A DNA stretch of 63,510 bases, filler included, from Psammoneis japonica (GCA_008632985.1; 3 parts of 3 records of this genome joined end to end with filler, not necessarily neighbours in it), one strand, 5' to 3'; positions 40,871 to 54,827 are shown, counted from the first letter of the whole stretch. Numbers and translations are program-made. The notes: generated by a model from the letters alone, not told the origin.

Positions 40871-42580
40871 CGGATTTCTTCATTCTCACTTCCACGTGAA
40901 TTTGTGCAAAATTATGGATGACAATGTTCTTTAATGAAAAGAATGGCGTTGAAGCTTGTTTTTTGCTTTCCTCAGAGAAGTGCTCACATGAACAGCGAGA
41001 ATAGGACTAACATGACATGCTATGATGCTTTTTCTGGATTGCCAGACGTCCTGTAACGCGTTATACTCCTCGAGTGGTATAAATTTTTGATCGGAATCAA
41101 TCGGATCAATTTTTCCAAATTGACAGTTTCATTCACCAAGCGTTTTAGAGTCGTAATTTTTGCTCTTATTTTCTCGTTCCTTTGCCAAGGAACTCGCTTT
41201 AATTGTTTTTGTGAACTGCCTGGTCACTGTGGCGTTCAACTCCTCTTTCACAGAGATGTTTTTCTGTTGTCGTCACGTCGCGTGCGATTGCTGTTAGAGC
41301 ATCATATTTTTGGGTCTCTCTCAGAGCCACCCATGCTCTTTTTTGCTACTTCATTTGTAGAATAGCTTTAATCCGTGATGCAGGTGTGTTCTTTTTTCAA
41401 AGATTGGACCTCTTGTTCACTTTGGATTGTTCAGGCACCACACAGGAGACCATTTTGGAATCAAATTTGGAACCATTTTGGTTTTGGAATCAACTTTGCT
41501 GTCAGCGCATGATTTGACACATTTTTTCGTCACAGACGTCACAAACAACTTCTAGACGACTCAAAACTCAATCAGCTCATCAAGAGCATGTTCCAGCATT
41601 TCAGTGTTTTGGACAGTCGACTGATGCCGCCATCCTTGCGGTGCGAGTGATAGCCAATAGCTCATGGCTTGGTTTCCCACTAGATTCAACTTAGAATCGA
41701 TTGAAGGGTCGCACAGACACTCTTCATTGACCTCTTGGGTCCAACAGGCACTCTCTTGCTGCTGAGGGCCTTTGTTTTCTTCAGATCATCTCGAAAATAA
41801 CAACTCTGATTCTGAAGTGTAATTTCTCGGGAGACATGAGTTAAGAGACACTTGAGGTACTTTTCAATGGTTCCTTCTTGCTCTTTGGACTCCAGGCTCG
41901 TCGATTCGGTCTCTAAAAACTCTGCAATAGTCTCTCCTTGCATGGCAGCTGTATTTCCCGGACCTGATCGACTCAAGACTTGAAATTCTACCCAGCCATG
42001 ACTTGGTGTAGACATTTCGATAATGCTGTGCTCTTGTAGAGTCCTTGGTCCTGAGGCACTTGTAACAGATCGTGTTAGAACGAATCTTCTTGTTTTGTAG
42101 ACGAAACACAATGTTCCTTCTTGAAGCACTGCTGGGATTGAGCTTCTTCCGCTCAGAATTCGATTCCAGCAGCACTGGTGCGATTCGTTCCTGTTTACAG
42201 AAGAATGCACAAAGGCACATCAGTTGAAATTTTCATTTTCCGTGTTTTTATCTTCTGTGGTGTGCATGCACAATGCACCATGCTCGAAGAATGAGCACAA
42301 ACGAAAGTAGAATCAAGTGTGAAAAGTGAAAATTATGAGATTAAAAGTTTTGGTCTGTGATTTTTGGTTTCTCCGAACGAGTTCTCAATGGCCTGAAGCT
42401 TTTGCACCAGTCCTGCAGACTAAAAGGCCTTTCGGATAATATGTTCGTGACAACAGATTGTCCGGATACGACTGCCATTGACACGTAAGATGTCAACATC
42501 GTCAATCGATCGTATTTGCGATTTTCGACATCCGATCAACTCTGTGTGATCGTTCTGTCCTTTGTACGTATCCACGACTG
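40865..42580 (-). mobile_element. Second, more diverged copy of the same Gypsy 5'/gag region in inverted orientation
   Basis: 42250-42580 is the reverse-complement homologue of 39620-39950; 40870-41400 matches 36700-37235. Confidence 0.82.
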
Positions 42581-42899
42581 TGGTGCGATTGACACACAAA
42601 TAACAAACAATTGTGAACATGCTTGCAACAGTCGCGTGCTGCATTCGCCTCCCTAATTGCACATTAGAGTTATTCGTTAAGTGGAATAATTCGATGGACA
42701 TTGACATTGTCAACAATGTCTCCACGTTAACTGCACTGTGCCATTGGCAATGACTGTTGTTGTTTTATATAGGCCAGCATAGGGCCGTTTCAATTTCCAA
42801 ATGTCTTTCGAGAGTGTCATGGTTTGTCTCACGCTCTATGTGTGTGTGTGACGCTCTGTGTGTGTGCATGTGTAAATGTGCTGTAGCATTGCGTCGAGC

Positions 42900-45430
42900 A
42901 TTCTCTCTGACATTATTTTGTTCATGTGGACACAAGGACCAATTGTCCTGCTGTTCTTTCATGGTGTCGATTGTACACAGCATTGTGCCCAGTGCTCGAT
43001 GTATGCTCTTGTTTATGGCGTTCACTTGCTTGTGGATTTCGTGTAGTTTGGTGGGCTTACTTTATGTGCCATGTTGCTCTGCTGCACTACCACGTTTCAT
43101 AAGTAACCAAGGGGGGTCATCCCCGCGTTTATCCTAAAATTACCTTTGCATTTGAATGAGGTTTTTTACAGTGTTTATTTTTGAATACAAGAATTATTCA
43201 TAGTCACACCCGATCACGCACGAAAACGAGAACCATCAACACCGCGATCGAAGCACGACGATGATGACAATCATCGACATTTCTCAAAAACGTAGTTTGC
43301 CGTCTACCAACTTTTCATGCATGTGCAATCTTTGATACATGACAAACATAAAATAGATGAGAGTTGGTAGACGAACCACCTCCGTCACAGACTTATGGCT
43401 TGTTGTTTTCACCACGGTGAAGCACGGTGAAATTCAGGAAAAATCATGCAAAACACGAGCTATTCGGCCGAATTTGAGCTAAAAAAAGTAGCAACCGACC
43501 ACCCTTAATGATGGTCAAGGATGTGACCATTTCGTCTTGACAATCAATCCTGTGATGGTTATGAATTCCATTGTGGATTTTTTGTACTTCAACCATCTAT
43601 CAGTTGGATTTTAATTGTCATTTGGACGTTTCTTTTTGACATGCCGGTGTTATTTTGTCATTCCGAAGGCACTGCTTTCGTGCACTAAGTGGACAAATGT
43701 CCATTTTTCTTTTCTTTTTCTGAATCTTTGGCACATCTCGTGTGTCGACATGATAAGTTGTTTATGTCTTGCCTCATACATTGTACAACACAACCGTGCG
43801 GGTGTTGTGAGATTGTCTTTTGCCAGTGTGAAGTGGACACTGTATAATCGTGTGCCAATCTGTCACAGAGTTTTTTTCTAACCGTCCTCATGCAAGACGA
43901 TTTTATCCTTATGACATGAGCATTTTTTCGATCTCGCTCAACTCCACGAAAAGTGTTTGTATGATATGTCACGTCGGACAATTTGGAGGGAAATGTCTTT
44001 ATCCCGTTTTAACGGTGGGACATTGTTGTAGGATTCAATTTTCTTTATGGCAAGTCAGCTGATTGTGTCGATCGACAGTATCGCGATGACGTTCGCCTTG
44101 CCCTTGATGCACATTATTTTGGGACTGAAGTTTTCTGTTGTAAGTCGCCAACGTGTGACTTTGTCCGTTGTGTCTTATGATCCATGTGTGTGTTAATCTG
44201 TTGGCCAAACAGCATATTTTGGAATTTTATAAGTGTTTTCACTGTGGACAGAAGTTCTTTTTTTCGTTGTAACGTACAACATTGAAATTTGTGTATGATG
44301 ACAACACAGTTTTTGATTTGATGCACTCCACATTTTTGGAGACTTTTTGTTCCATACTTGCACTTTTGCCGTTTGACCTTCATTGAGGTGAATTTGGCTA
44401 GCACTGTACAGGAGATCGTTGAGACTACATGTCTCGATGGCAGCAACGTATGACGATGAGATGTCGTCATGTTCTTTACGTTTTTCTCGTGTTGCCATTG
44501 CCTGAATCGCCTCCATTTCCTTTGCAATCGATTGCATGTCGTTACGTGTGGAAGTCTTGATAGTTTATTTCAAGTTAAGCAGTGAAGGACTTTTGTTGTT
44601 AACCTTCCAAGCGACTGTTCTAGTCGCACAATGCCGTTTCAACCTTTTCTTGTACAGGTGACATTTTGAAGTCACTTTTTGTCAGGTACAAATGATCACA
44701 CACAGTCGTTCTGACAACTTCAAACCTGTTGTGAGTTCACTCATGTGTTGCACAAAAACATCTGGGGCTCTGTGGCTTCTCATGGGAAGTCCACAGCACT
44801 TGTTTTCTCCCCACGGCATGATTTTTGTGTTGGCACGACATGTGCTTTTTTAATTTGATGTGACAATGTCCCACATTCAAATCAAGTGAGGTCGCACACA
44901 TGAAACCTTTTAGTTTCTGAAGCACATCCTGAACATTTGGTAGAGGATGCGGTGTACGTGCTGGCCTCTTATTCAGTTCAAGAAAGTCGGACAGAAACCG
45001 AGCTTCGACCATTTTTCTATTTTTTAAATGTTGGAGCTGTCCATTCAGAATGGCTTGTTTTTCTTTAGGACTTTTAGCTTACAGAGCCTTTCAATCTCCT
45101 TACGAGTCGCCTCCAAGGCTTGTGGAAACAGGAAACCTTTCGCCTGATGCGGTTTCGAGCCAGATTTCACTGCGAGGTTTTCCGGTCCACTCACCTAGAG
45201 AACCATCGAAAAGAGATTTAAATCTTTTCAAAGGGAAGATCAATTGCTTCTGCTCCTCTGGAGTCAGATGAGTTGCCGCAGCTGTCACATTGTTGAGATT
45301 AGCAGCATGATAATGTGAGTCGAGGACCATTGGTTCCATTGTCAACTCCATTCATGGCGTCACATTTTTCAATGTGATCGGCATTCAGCTGGAAACATCG
45401 GCTTCAAAGAGTGGATCAACATTCTTCATA
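42900..45430 (-). pseudogene. Decayed Gypsy RT-RNase H-integrase
   Basis: SLFDGSLGEWTG, RFLSDFLELNKR..HPLPNVQDVLQKLKGFMCATSLDLNVGHCHI, and KELLSTVKTL..FQNMLFGQQI..HMDHK. Confidence 0.82.
43111..43504. mobile_element. ~394-bp insertion with short GGG(G/T)GGTC inverted termini inside the Gypsy integrase
   Basis: Flanks rejoin to integrase-like HP*PS/LVTY; TTAA on the right flank, CCAA on the left. Confidence 0.45.
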
Positions 45431-45437
45431 GATGAAG

Positions 45438-48400
45438 GAAAATGAAGATGACTGGGTGGAAGAAAACAACAACTCCTTGCTGCTGTCTAAACAGCAGATG
45501 AGGCTCCGTGCAGAGACCACCACAGGAGCCGAAAGACTGGTGTCATGATGTCGGCACTGCTGTTGTTATTCTTGTGAGCCGAGTGGCTCGAAAGCAAACT
45601 ACACCACATGATGCGTGCGGAACTGAGTGACAGAAAATGAAGATGACTGGGTGGAAGAAAACAATGACTCCTTGCTGCTGTCTAAACAGCAGATGAGTCT
45701 CCGTGCAGAGACCGTTAAAGAAGCCGAAAGACTGGTGTCATGACATCGGCACTGCTGTCATCATTCTTGTGAGCCGAGTGGCTTGAAAGCAAACTACATC
45801 GCACGACGCGTGCAGAACTAAGAGCACACATAATTGTGTGTGACAAACTAAAATCTTGTTCAAATCCTGTCACTCCCCAGTTTGCTTGAGGGGTCAACAG
45901 CAATAGATTCGAGGTCAGATTGGTTGAAAGCCTCAGGATCGAAGTTCCAAAACATTAGAGGACGAAGGAGGTTCCAGATTTGGGAGTGACCCCAATGCTT
46001 GCTGAGGATGTCAGCCGGGTTGTGGGAGCCTTTGACAAAATGAAACTCGAGGAAACCGGAGGCAATCGCCTCACCCACATGATGGAACGAGAGGGCAGTG
46101 TGTCGCTTGTGCATCTTGGAGTGCGGGATGGTGGCACTGTCCACAACCGACTTGTTGTCGTCCCCAAACATGTAACATTTTTCACAAATGGGAACGCCAA
46201 GGTAACATAAAGTGATGCCACAGAGAGACACTGCTCCGGAATGGACACTGTCGATGGGCACGTCTGTGAGGTGTCCATCGGCAACAAGCCTTGCTTTGTG
46301 CCATCCATCATGTTTGACGTCACAGACGAGATGCACCTGGATCTTCTTGTGTCCTGATGGAGCACTGGAATCCTTGTGGTGTCCGCAGTCGTGGAAGACC
46401 TCGCACTCATCAAGCTGAGTCATCTCGAGGTCCATTGCATCTCCCCACTTGCGGTTGCTGTTGCGCTCATCAAGGGCCATGGCATGCTTGTAGTCCCGTG
46501 GCACTTCATGCCCGTGCTTGCATCGTGGCGCAGTACGAAAGGAGCACAACTTGGCTTGGTTGGCCATGCAGAATAGCTTCTTCTGACGAAGGGCTGTCTT
46601 GTGAAAACGTCTCCATCTGACGGGTTCCAGTCCTGGGTGGGACTCCGTGTGACATTGGGCCCATAGAATTCTACGTGCAAGCTCCGTAGTAAATTTATAT
46701 GGCAATGAAAATACAAATGATCGCCAACAGAAAAAAAGGCAATTTTACGAACGTATCTCCTCCTTCACACTTGTGGCACATCATTGACAGTTTGCCCGGG
46801 TGCATTCTACAGACATTAAAGAATATACCCAGAGTATTTTCATTCTCATAAATGTTGAAAATAGAAAGCCTTTGGCTTCGCAAAATGGGAAGTGTGAAAC
46901 AATTTCGTAGAATGTCACACGTAGAAATCTACGTGCGCGACATACGACGCGATCCAAAAAACTCTCGATGTCACAGTGCAGTAGTGCAAGGTCCCACCTA
47001 GAGCTGGAACGCGTCATCCTTCGGTTTCTAGAAGGCCATGCTCACGTGCATAGACAGCACAGGTGACGGGGGTCGTCCTTGGCAATGATGGCAAGGGGTT
47101 CGGACGTGATCTCCCCATTCTCCCATTCAAGCATGACGTTGTAGCTTGAGCCTTTCCAAGAGGGATCATGGGGTCACAATGGTCCTTTGTGCGATACGAT
47201 GTGTTGGAACTTCCAGAGGGTGGTGTCCTCGTCTTCTTGCTCAATGTGGTGCATGATGTCATTGCAGGCTAGGACTTCCTCACATTCGTCATTGTTGATG
47301 GAGCAAATGAACTTGACCAGTTCAGGATTGTCTCCAATTTTCCAGTCGTGGTCCTCAACGGATTTGACGATGTGGGCTCTGTGGTGTTGTCCATCCTCTT
47401 GTGGCTTCACGAGGAAGGTGCATCCTGTGACATCCTCGGGACCAAAGACTGGCATTTTGGGCATCCTGATCACCTCCCCATCTGGTGAATCTGGCGAATC
47501 CTCGGAGTCGTGGCGGGATTTAATGACAGGTTCAGCAGATTTCTTATCAGGAGGATCAAGACGTAGGTTTGGAGCAGACGGATCAAGGCGGAGTGCACGT
47601 TGGAATGGCAGAGAATCTTCTGAGTGTCATCAGAAAGAATCTTGAATGTCATTTGGTGACCAACGTGCTCGGCAATGCCAACGAAGTGACTGTGTAATTC
47701 ACGGGATTCGGACGGCCAGTCGGGATCATCCAGGTGGTGGCACACGAGGATGGCAATGGCAGGGCCGCGTTGTGTGTGGATGACACCACCAGCAGTGACA
47801 ATGGGAATGTCTGCCAGTTGATGATCGTTGACACCTTGGACGTCAACCTGGCGACCAGTGCGGGCAATGACACAAACATCATCACCAGTGATGCCACCAT
47901 TTGCACCACAATCCATGAGAGCACCTTTGCGAGTTGACTTGTGGGTCGAGGCAGAGTAGACGACATTGTGGTTGTTGACACGACAGCATTTGTGGCCATT
48001 GATCTCAATGTCAGTGTCATTGGGCTTCGCGTCAGAGTGGACGGAAGGTGCAGATCCAGGCGGTTTCTCGCCAGAACGGGCGGAAGGAGGCCGTTCAGGT
48101 GCCAGGAGACATTGCAAGTTGCTGGGTGGCAGGGGCTTGCGCCTGGTGAGATGAGCCAGAATGGGGTTAGCATCGGCTGCATCGGCTGCAGCATCAGATT
48201 GTGCAAAGGCTGATGCAAGATCGTGAGTGTTGGCAGACAAGTTGACATCGCCATCGCTGCCAATGCGGAGGTCATGCAGGTTGACCACCGTCAAGTCATG
48301 GCAGTTGCCAGTGTGGGTGGTGCGCGAGCCAAGAATGATGGCCGTGGTGGACTGGGGCAAGGTGTCCCAAATGCGCTGATGGTCCGGTGGGATGTGACGC

Positions 48401-48710
48401 CATTGTTCCTTGGTGAGGGAATTGCCGTGAGTTTGTGCAGCATGAGCTTGGATGACGTCAACATCACTGTCGATGTTGAAGAACACATCATCATCAGGGT
48501 CATCAGGGACCAGGTCATGTTCGTAGATGGCACGGCGCGGAGCGCGAGGAGCCGTCTTGGGGGCGAACGTGCTGTCGTACTGTGCTGCAGCAGAAAGCAG
48601 GAGTCCACAGTGCTCTTCGTAAGAGAGCCCCTTTCCATTCTGCGTGCAGAACTGATTGGCCTGATTCTTCACCAAATGGAGTTCTTCGATAGAATGACGG
48701 CGTGCAAGGC
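45438..48710 (-). mobile_element. Internally deleted Copia family C element with 3' LTR (45872-45438, 195-bp internal duplication)
   Basis: gag LSYEEHCGLLLSAAAQYD; PR ALMDCGANGGITG; KARLVADGHLTDVPIDSV; RH HKRHTALSFH and NPADILSKHWG; PPT GGGGAG at 45878-45873. Integrase and RT cores are missing. Confidence 0.92.
46618..47016. mobile_element. 399-bp MITE, copy 2 (inverted relative to copy 1), inserted in Copia C pol
   Basis: TGACGGGTTCC...GGAACGCGTCA termini and TC..TC flanks; removal restores LLETEG-W-RRF. Confidence 0.88.
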
Positions 48711-49229
48711 CTATAAAAAAATGGCCTAGAGCTACAGCAATGCTCATGTGCTGTTCCGATGCGCAGCATCCTGCGTGCGTCATAGACACTTCTTCCTCAC
48801 CTGCCGCACCTCAAGACGACCCTCAAGATAAGACAAGATGAACCTCGAGACGAAAGGTGGTGCCTACCTGCTAGAGCAGGGCCTGCTGTACGGCAGACGA
48901 TCCGATTCCGCATGGGGCCCTAAACGACTGAGTCGTGAGAGTCATGCGCCGAGCGTGTCGGCAGAAGCGAGCTTCGATGACGTCAGATGCTACGCGTGCT
49001 GTAACAGCACAGGAAGTGCATGCTCCACTACATGACGTCAGCTCAGAAAACGACTGATGCACGAATACGTGGCAAAATGTCCACTGAAACAGCAACAATG
49101 ACAATGACATCCTTCGTGCATGAGAAGGCATGTATGCTGGTTTTTTTGGACACACCAAAAAATGTCCTTTTTCCAGCAGTGGGACCCTTCTGTCACTCGT
49201 ACGACCTTGTCATAGGGGCAAGTGCAGTG

Positions 49230-49665
49230 GGCATCCCTGCCGTGGCCGCCAATGATGCCACTTTCCTGTGTCTGTAGGCTGTCCATAGCGACGCTGATCC
49301 CGCAAAAGCGTGTTGCAGAAAACACGACTCCTGGAGTACGAGACCTGTGACAGGTTACAGGAGTGACCCATACGACTGAGACCGGCGCGACTGGCCATCG
49401 CGCACGTGACTCACCTTGTATGAAGGGTCTGCGTAGGATGTACGCAGTGCCGAGTGTGAGCCTGCTAATTGGCTCCGCATGAGTGTCAACAAGTGTTACA
49501 AAAGACTTATGCGTAAGTCTTTCCAATGACTTATCATACAACAAGAATTCTTGTTTCTTGGAAAAAGACACCATCGCGCATTTGTACTCTAACTGAAATA
49601 ATCTTATAATTTTTACACACACAGAAAATCTCTATCTCTACGGTTTAAGCACTTGTTCCCTGTTT
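49230..49665 (+). repeat. Copy of the non-coding (LTR/5'UTR-like) region preceding the Gypsy gag at 51.5 kb
   Basis: 49230-49455 matches 50700-50925, and 49570-49665 matches 51295-51390. Confidence 0.7.
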
Positions 49666-49679
49666 CTGCATGGGTCACT

Positions 49680-50047
49680 GTGCGCGATCTCATCCCTCTA
49701 TCCGTGAAGTTCTCAAGGAACTCAACCGTCACGTATTCGGAAAGTCTGACCACCAAAACCCTGTCACGACTCACTCCAAGGCTTTTGAGCTCGCAAACCA
49801 AGGCACCGATGACTCGCCTGTTGAGCAGAATGTCCCACCTACGTCCGTTGTGTTGCATGAAGGCAACTCCGCGTGCCTCAAGTTTGCATGCACATGCCCA
49901 AGTTGTCTCCACAAACCAAGCACATTGGCATCCCGTGCCACTGGCACAGGACTAAAGTCGAACAATTGGAGATCGATGTCCAACCCATCAGCACTCTAGA
50001 GCAACTAGCCGATCAGTTCATGAAGGGACTACGGACTGATGCGTTCC
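49680..50047 (+). pseudogene. RNase H fragment of Copia family A
   Basis: Reverse-complement match to ~462-822 (REVLKELN..QTKHIGIPCHW..ADQFMKGLRTDAF). Confidence 0.92.
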
Positions 50048-50690
50048 ACATGACATGATCCCTGTCTTCCATTGGATGTTCACAGTGCAGGTGGTGATGA
50101 GGTCGTACCGAGTCACATCGCTCAACTGTCATGTTGGCAGGTAATAGATCATGAACCAGCTTGACTGTCCCAACATGTTGCTTGGAGTGGTGATTGATTA
50201 GGATGGCGTGAGCATCCCAGTCGATCTGATCAATCACATTGGGATGCCACTGATTGCGTTGAATGATGCACTGCAGGAGCTGTGGAGCGGTGGCGGCATG
50301 CCAAATTTGCCGCTTGTATCCTGATGTCAGGGTGCCATCTTGGAGACTCAGGTGTGAAGGACAGTGGGGGAAAGGGAGCACCATTGTAGCATCCCAATGG
50401 CATTGGCCTTGACATGCGCCTGTCAATCGATTGGCTCGTGTGCATTCACTCCAGCGTTGAGGGGGAGAGTGTGGACTGGAGCGTGACGGTCCTGGTGCCC
50501 TTTCACCCATTTTACCTGAAGTAGCCTCAGGGATGACAGAGATGAATAGGATCTCTCCACTTCTAGTCATGTGTGTACAATCTCGTTGATTGCGTCCCAA
50601 TCGGAGGATGGAGTGTTGGCTCTGTGGTGTCTGATGTGGAAATCTTGCACGTCATCTGACTGTTCTCCCAGAGAGGGAGCAGGAGGGGTG
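50048..50690 (-). pseudogene. Non-LTR (LINE) retrotransposon ORF C-terminal fragment
   Basis: QIDWDAH..VKLVHDLLP..HCEHPMEDRDHV resembles the post-RT/RNase H CCHC region of diatom LINEs. Confidence 0.65.
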
Positions 50691-50699
50691 AAGGTGCAG

Positions 50700-52325
50700 C
50701 AGGCATCCCCACCGTAGCCGCCGATGATGCTACTTTCCTGCATCTGTAGGCTGTCCGTAGCGACGCTGATCCCGCAGAAGCGCGTGCTAGAAAACGTGAC
50801 TCCTGGCATGAGTCCTACGATGGGCTACAGGAGATCCATACGACTGAGACCGGCGTGACTGGCCATCGTGCACGTGACTCACCTTGCATGAAGGGTACGC
50901 GTAGGATGTACGCAGTGCCGAGTCAACAGGAATCATTCGGGTCCTCAGAGTCATCATGCAGAAATTGTGCAGGAGAGCACTAAAAATAATTATGATCAGT
51001 CTGTCCATCCATCCATGTGCGAATGTCAACTTCTCGGGAAATCAATTGAAATGCTGTCTGATTGACGGCATTTTGATTCACATGGTGAAGGCCAATGCCG
51101 TCAATCAGATGGCATTTCAATTCAGTTCCCGAAAAGTCATTAGCTCTAATCACTCTCTTGTATGACATTGTGTACATTTCTACACGATTTTGTGTTTTTC
51201 CTTATGTAAAACACCAATTATGACCCACGTGACATTTTCGAATGCTTCCTGTTGTGATTGGTTCCGCGGGAGGACTGAAGCTCCGTATGTCCTACTATCG
51301 CGCATGCACGTGCTCTACATAAAATAATCTCATAATTTTCGTGCAACACAGAAAACCTCCACCTAAGTACTTGTGCCCTATTCCTGCATAGGTCACAGTA
51401 ACATTGCTCCCAGTAAGTGCAAGAATGTCTTGATTGGTTAACCATGAAAGTCAGACACATCGCGCACACTACATGCATGCGACAGGCGGTTATTCTGCCG
51501 ATAGCATTTCAACGTCCAGAGAAACGTGAGCTTAAGGAGAATGAGAATCAGACATACAAGCTCCGTATGAACCCGAACGATCCCCGGACAGTCCTACGTA
51601 TGAACTTGCCATTGGCCCTGCCTACTTCTCGGCGCAGACGCCTGAGGAACTGCTCCTTTTCTTAAAGGATTATGACCCTGTGTGCATTGGTCAAGGCATT
51701 GCAACAGGACCCAGAAAGTTTTTACTCACGCGAAGGCTGTTGGAAGTCGAAGCCCTCACTGCCTTTGAGAATGCAGCGGCTGCCCAGAACACAGAGACAT
51801 TGGTGTCTTTCGTGCATTGTGTGGCAGCCGTTGTTAAAAGCATTTTCCCAGAAAGGGCTGCACTGACTCAGAAGCGCTACATAAGGCGTTTTATGAGAAA
51901 GCCGTTAACTGTGAAAATTCGTGAGTATGTTGCCCACGTTGTGGAAATGAACGCGTACATCACGAAATTTCCACCTGTCGAAGATGGTGGACCTGCACCT
52001 CAACCACTTTCAGATGATGAGCTGACAGATGTCATTGAACATGGCACTCCACGTTCTTGGCAGCATGAGCTGAAAATCCAGGGATGGAATCCCTTGGCCC
52101 ACACTACAGCAGAACTTGTGGCATTCTGTGAATGTGTCGAGGAGATAGAAGCGTCAGAAAAGCCGATCGCCGCTGACCCTCAGAAAAATGACCCGATTCC
52201 ACGGAAAAGGCAGGGTAGTCGTAAATGCCGTAACTCGCATGATTTGACATCAGAAGCAGAAAAGCGAACCGCAGTGATGTCAGATGGAAAACGTGGTCAC
52301 GTGTGCATGTTACACGGCGCATTGC
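50700..52325 (+). mobile_element. Gypsy 5' region and frameshifted gag (~51477-52325)
   Basis: TYKLRMNPNDP, RRLLEVEALTAF, IFPERAALTQKRYIRRFMRKP, PRSWQHELKIQGW and CMLHG knuckle start. Confidence 0.85.
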
Positions 52326-54827
52326 CCTGTGTATGTACTAGGCGCTGAAAAGAAGATGTGTTACGACTTTGTCGTTGTGAAAATTATGAGCTAGTTTAGA
52401 GTAGAGAAAGTGGGATCGTGCGAATAGGGAATCTTGCCAAATCCCCATTCGTTCGCATTGGGATCGTATCAAATCGATCGTGCGTTCGCATTGTGGATCG
52501 TGCAAATCAAGCCATCACGCGCCATGCACGAGTGATGTCATCGTGTGGAATCACACTGCCATCGTGGGCCAGACGACAGGCTAGTGTGCTTCACACGGAT
52601 GCTCTCTTAGCATCCTTCTGGAATTGCCTGAGACCTAGAGCCACGCCCTCCTGTGGTCGTGCTTCCCAGGTACGCATTAACAACACTACGTTGCCACGTA
52701 CAAGAGGCTTATGCACGGTCTCGCCATGTTGTCCAGTGGTGAGGCACACTGCACACTCCCCCATGATCAGGGCCGTTAAGTGACAGGATGTCTTACTGGT
52801 GACAGGGTGCAATCTGCCGTAGATTGTACGTGTCTGTCAGCGCTCCGTTCTGGATACGCAACGTGCCATTGTCATATACACGGACAACTCTGGCGGGTCC
52901 TGCATAGCTGTCAGAACCGCATTTAGAGGATTGTTCCTGTTTGATAAGTGCCAATTGCCCTACGGTATATTGGTGCTCCTTGCATTTCTGATTTTCACGC
53001 TTGTTATTTAAGTGGACAAGCTTCTGTTTTCTGGTTTCTATGTACTTCCACTTAGCACGATGGGCAATAGATAAAACCGCATCGCGTCCGAAGACCAATT
53101 GCATGGGACTTGCACGCGTGGTCGTATGTGCCGTAGCTCTAATGGGCGAAGGCTACTGTGGAGAGGATGCCACTCCATGGGTCATCTTCATCCAGTTCCA
53201 TGTCCTGCACTGAAAAGGAACGTACCATGTTACCAAGTGTCTGGGGCACACGTTCCACTATGGCATTCGCCTGTGGATTCCGTTTACTTATGGGTTTCTT
53301 CAAAATCCCATAGTCATTTTTAATCATCTGGCTAAATTCTGCCATAAATTCTGTCCCACGGTCATAAACCACCTGGGTTGGCCACGGATGTCTGCACAGC
53401 CACGTTTGTTCCACGACGTTTGCTACGACGTCTGCGCGTTTCGTAGACACTTCTTTAATCTCGAACCACCCCGGTTGCTGGGTCAATCATTGTGACTGCC
53501 CATAATTGCAAAGTGTCCTTTCCGCGTCTTTGAATTTTATATGGCCCTATCATGTCTGTGCATGGAGTCTCCCATGGAATTATCTCGGCGACCTTTTCTG
53601 GTGGCTTCCCATAACGCTGCGTTCGGCGTTTTGTCTTCTGGCATCGATCGCACTTAACGCACGTAGAATGCACCGTAGACCTCATACTAGGCCAGTAGAA
53701 GTGCTGGGCAATAGATATTTCCGTACGTGTCTCACCTGGATGACACAGTGTCTCGTGGTGCCATTCAGTTAGCGGGATCTGCAATGACTGTGGTACTGCG
53801 ATTTTGTCCTTATGACAGATTAACTGTTGTGATGACCCTCCCCCACGATACGCGCAAATGGAGTAGTCGGACGAGTCCTTAGCTCGTGAGAGTAGGCGCT
53901 TGTCCTTTTGTTGTGCTTTTTGAATGTGCTTGAAGCTAACAGGCAGAGATGCATCGTCTTGCGCGTCTGCATTAAAGGCTTCATGTAAAGGATGACTCGA
54001 TGGAGTGTCTTTTACATCCGGATTGGCCTCAGAAGGCAAGCTGGGTGCTAGCCGAAGGCGACTAAGAGCGTCAGCGACTAGGTTGTGGGTGCCCTTAACA
54101 TAGCGTAATTCGGGACCGTATTCTTCGCATGCCAACCGCCAGCGCATAACGCGCTCGGTATTGAATACTTTGTACGTAAGATTTTTATGATCAGCACATA
54201 TAATTATACGATGACCAAGGAGAATCGTTTGAAATTCTTTCAACGTCTCCACAATGGCGAGTAATTCTCTCTCCGTTGTTGTATAATTTAATTGCGCACT
54301 GTTAAGCTTTCTGCTATAAAAGGCGATAGGTTTATTATCTTGGGACACAACTGCTCCCAATTGACATTTAGAGGCATCGGCATGTATCTCAAAGGGTTTA
54401 TTAAAATCAGGATGTGACAATAAAACATCATCCGATATCACCCGTTTAATGGTTTCGAACGCCTCGTCTTCGACGGACGTCCACTCCCACTTAACAGTCT
54501 CACTTACGAGTCGTGTTAGCGGAGCCAAGACTTCAGAACATCTAATCCATGTGTCACGGTAGTAGTTCACCATACCAATAAATGACCGTAGGTCGCGTTT
54601 ATTGGTTGGGGTCGTGATTCGCTTAATGGCGTCGACTTTATTGGGTGTTGGTCGTATTCCGTCTCTGTTGACCAGGTAACCCAAGTATTCTAATTGGGTT
54701 TGACAGAAGTGAGATTTAGTTGCGTTAACTTTTAGTCCTGCTTTCTGGACCCTCAATAAAACTTCTTCAAGTTTGTTGAGGTGATCTTCATGGGTGCCTT
54801 TCGTCATGACGAGAAGGTCATCTAAGT
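52325..54827 (-). mobile_element. Gypsy 3' half (RT end, RNase H, INT, PPT, LTR 52755-52325), duplicate 1
   Basis: DASK.QLGAV, FYSRKLN, ERELLAIVE, HPG..HFYWP, YDRGTEF and NPQANAIVER; PPT GGGGGAG at 52762-52756. Confidence 0.95.
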
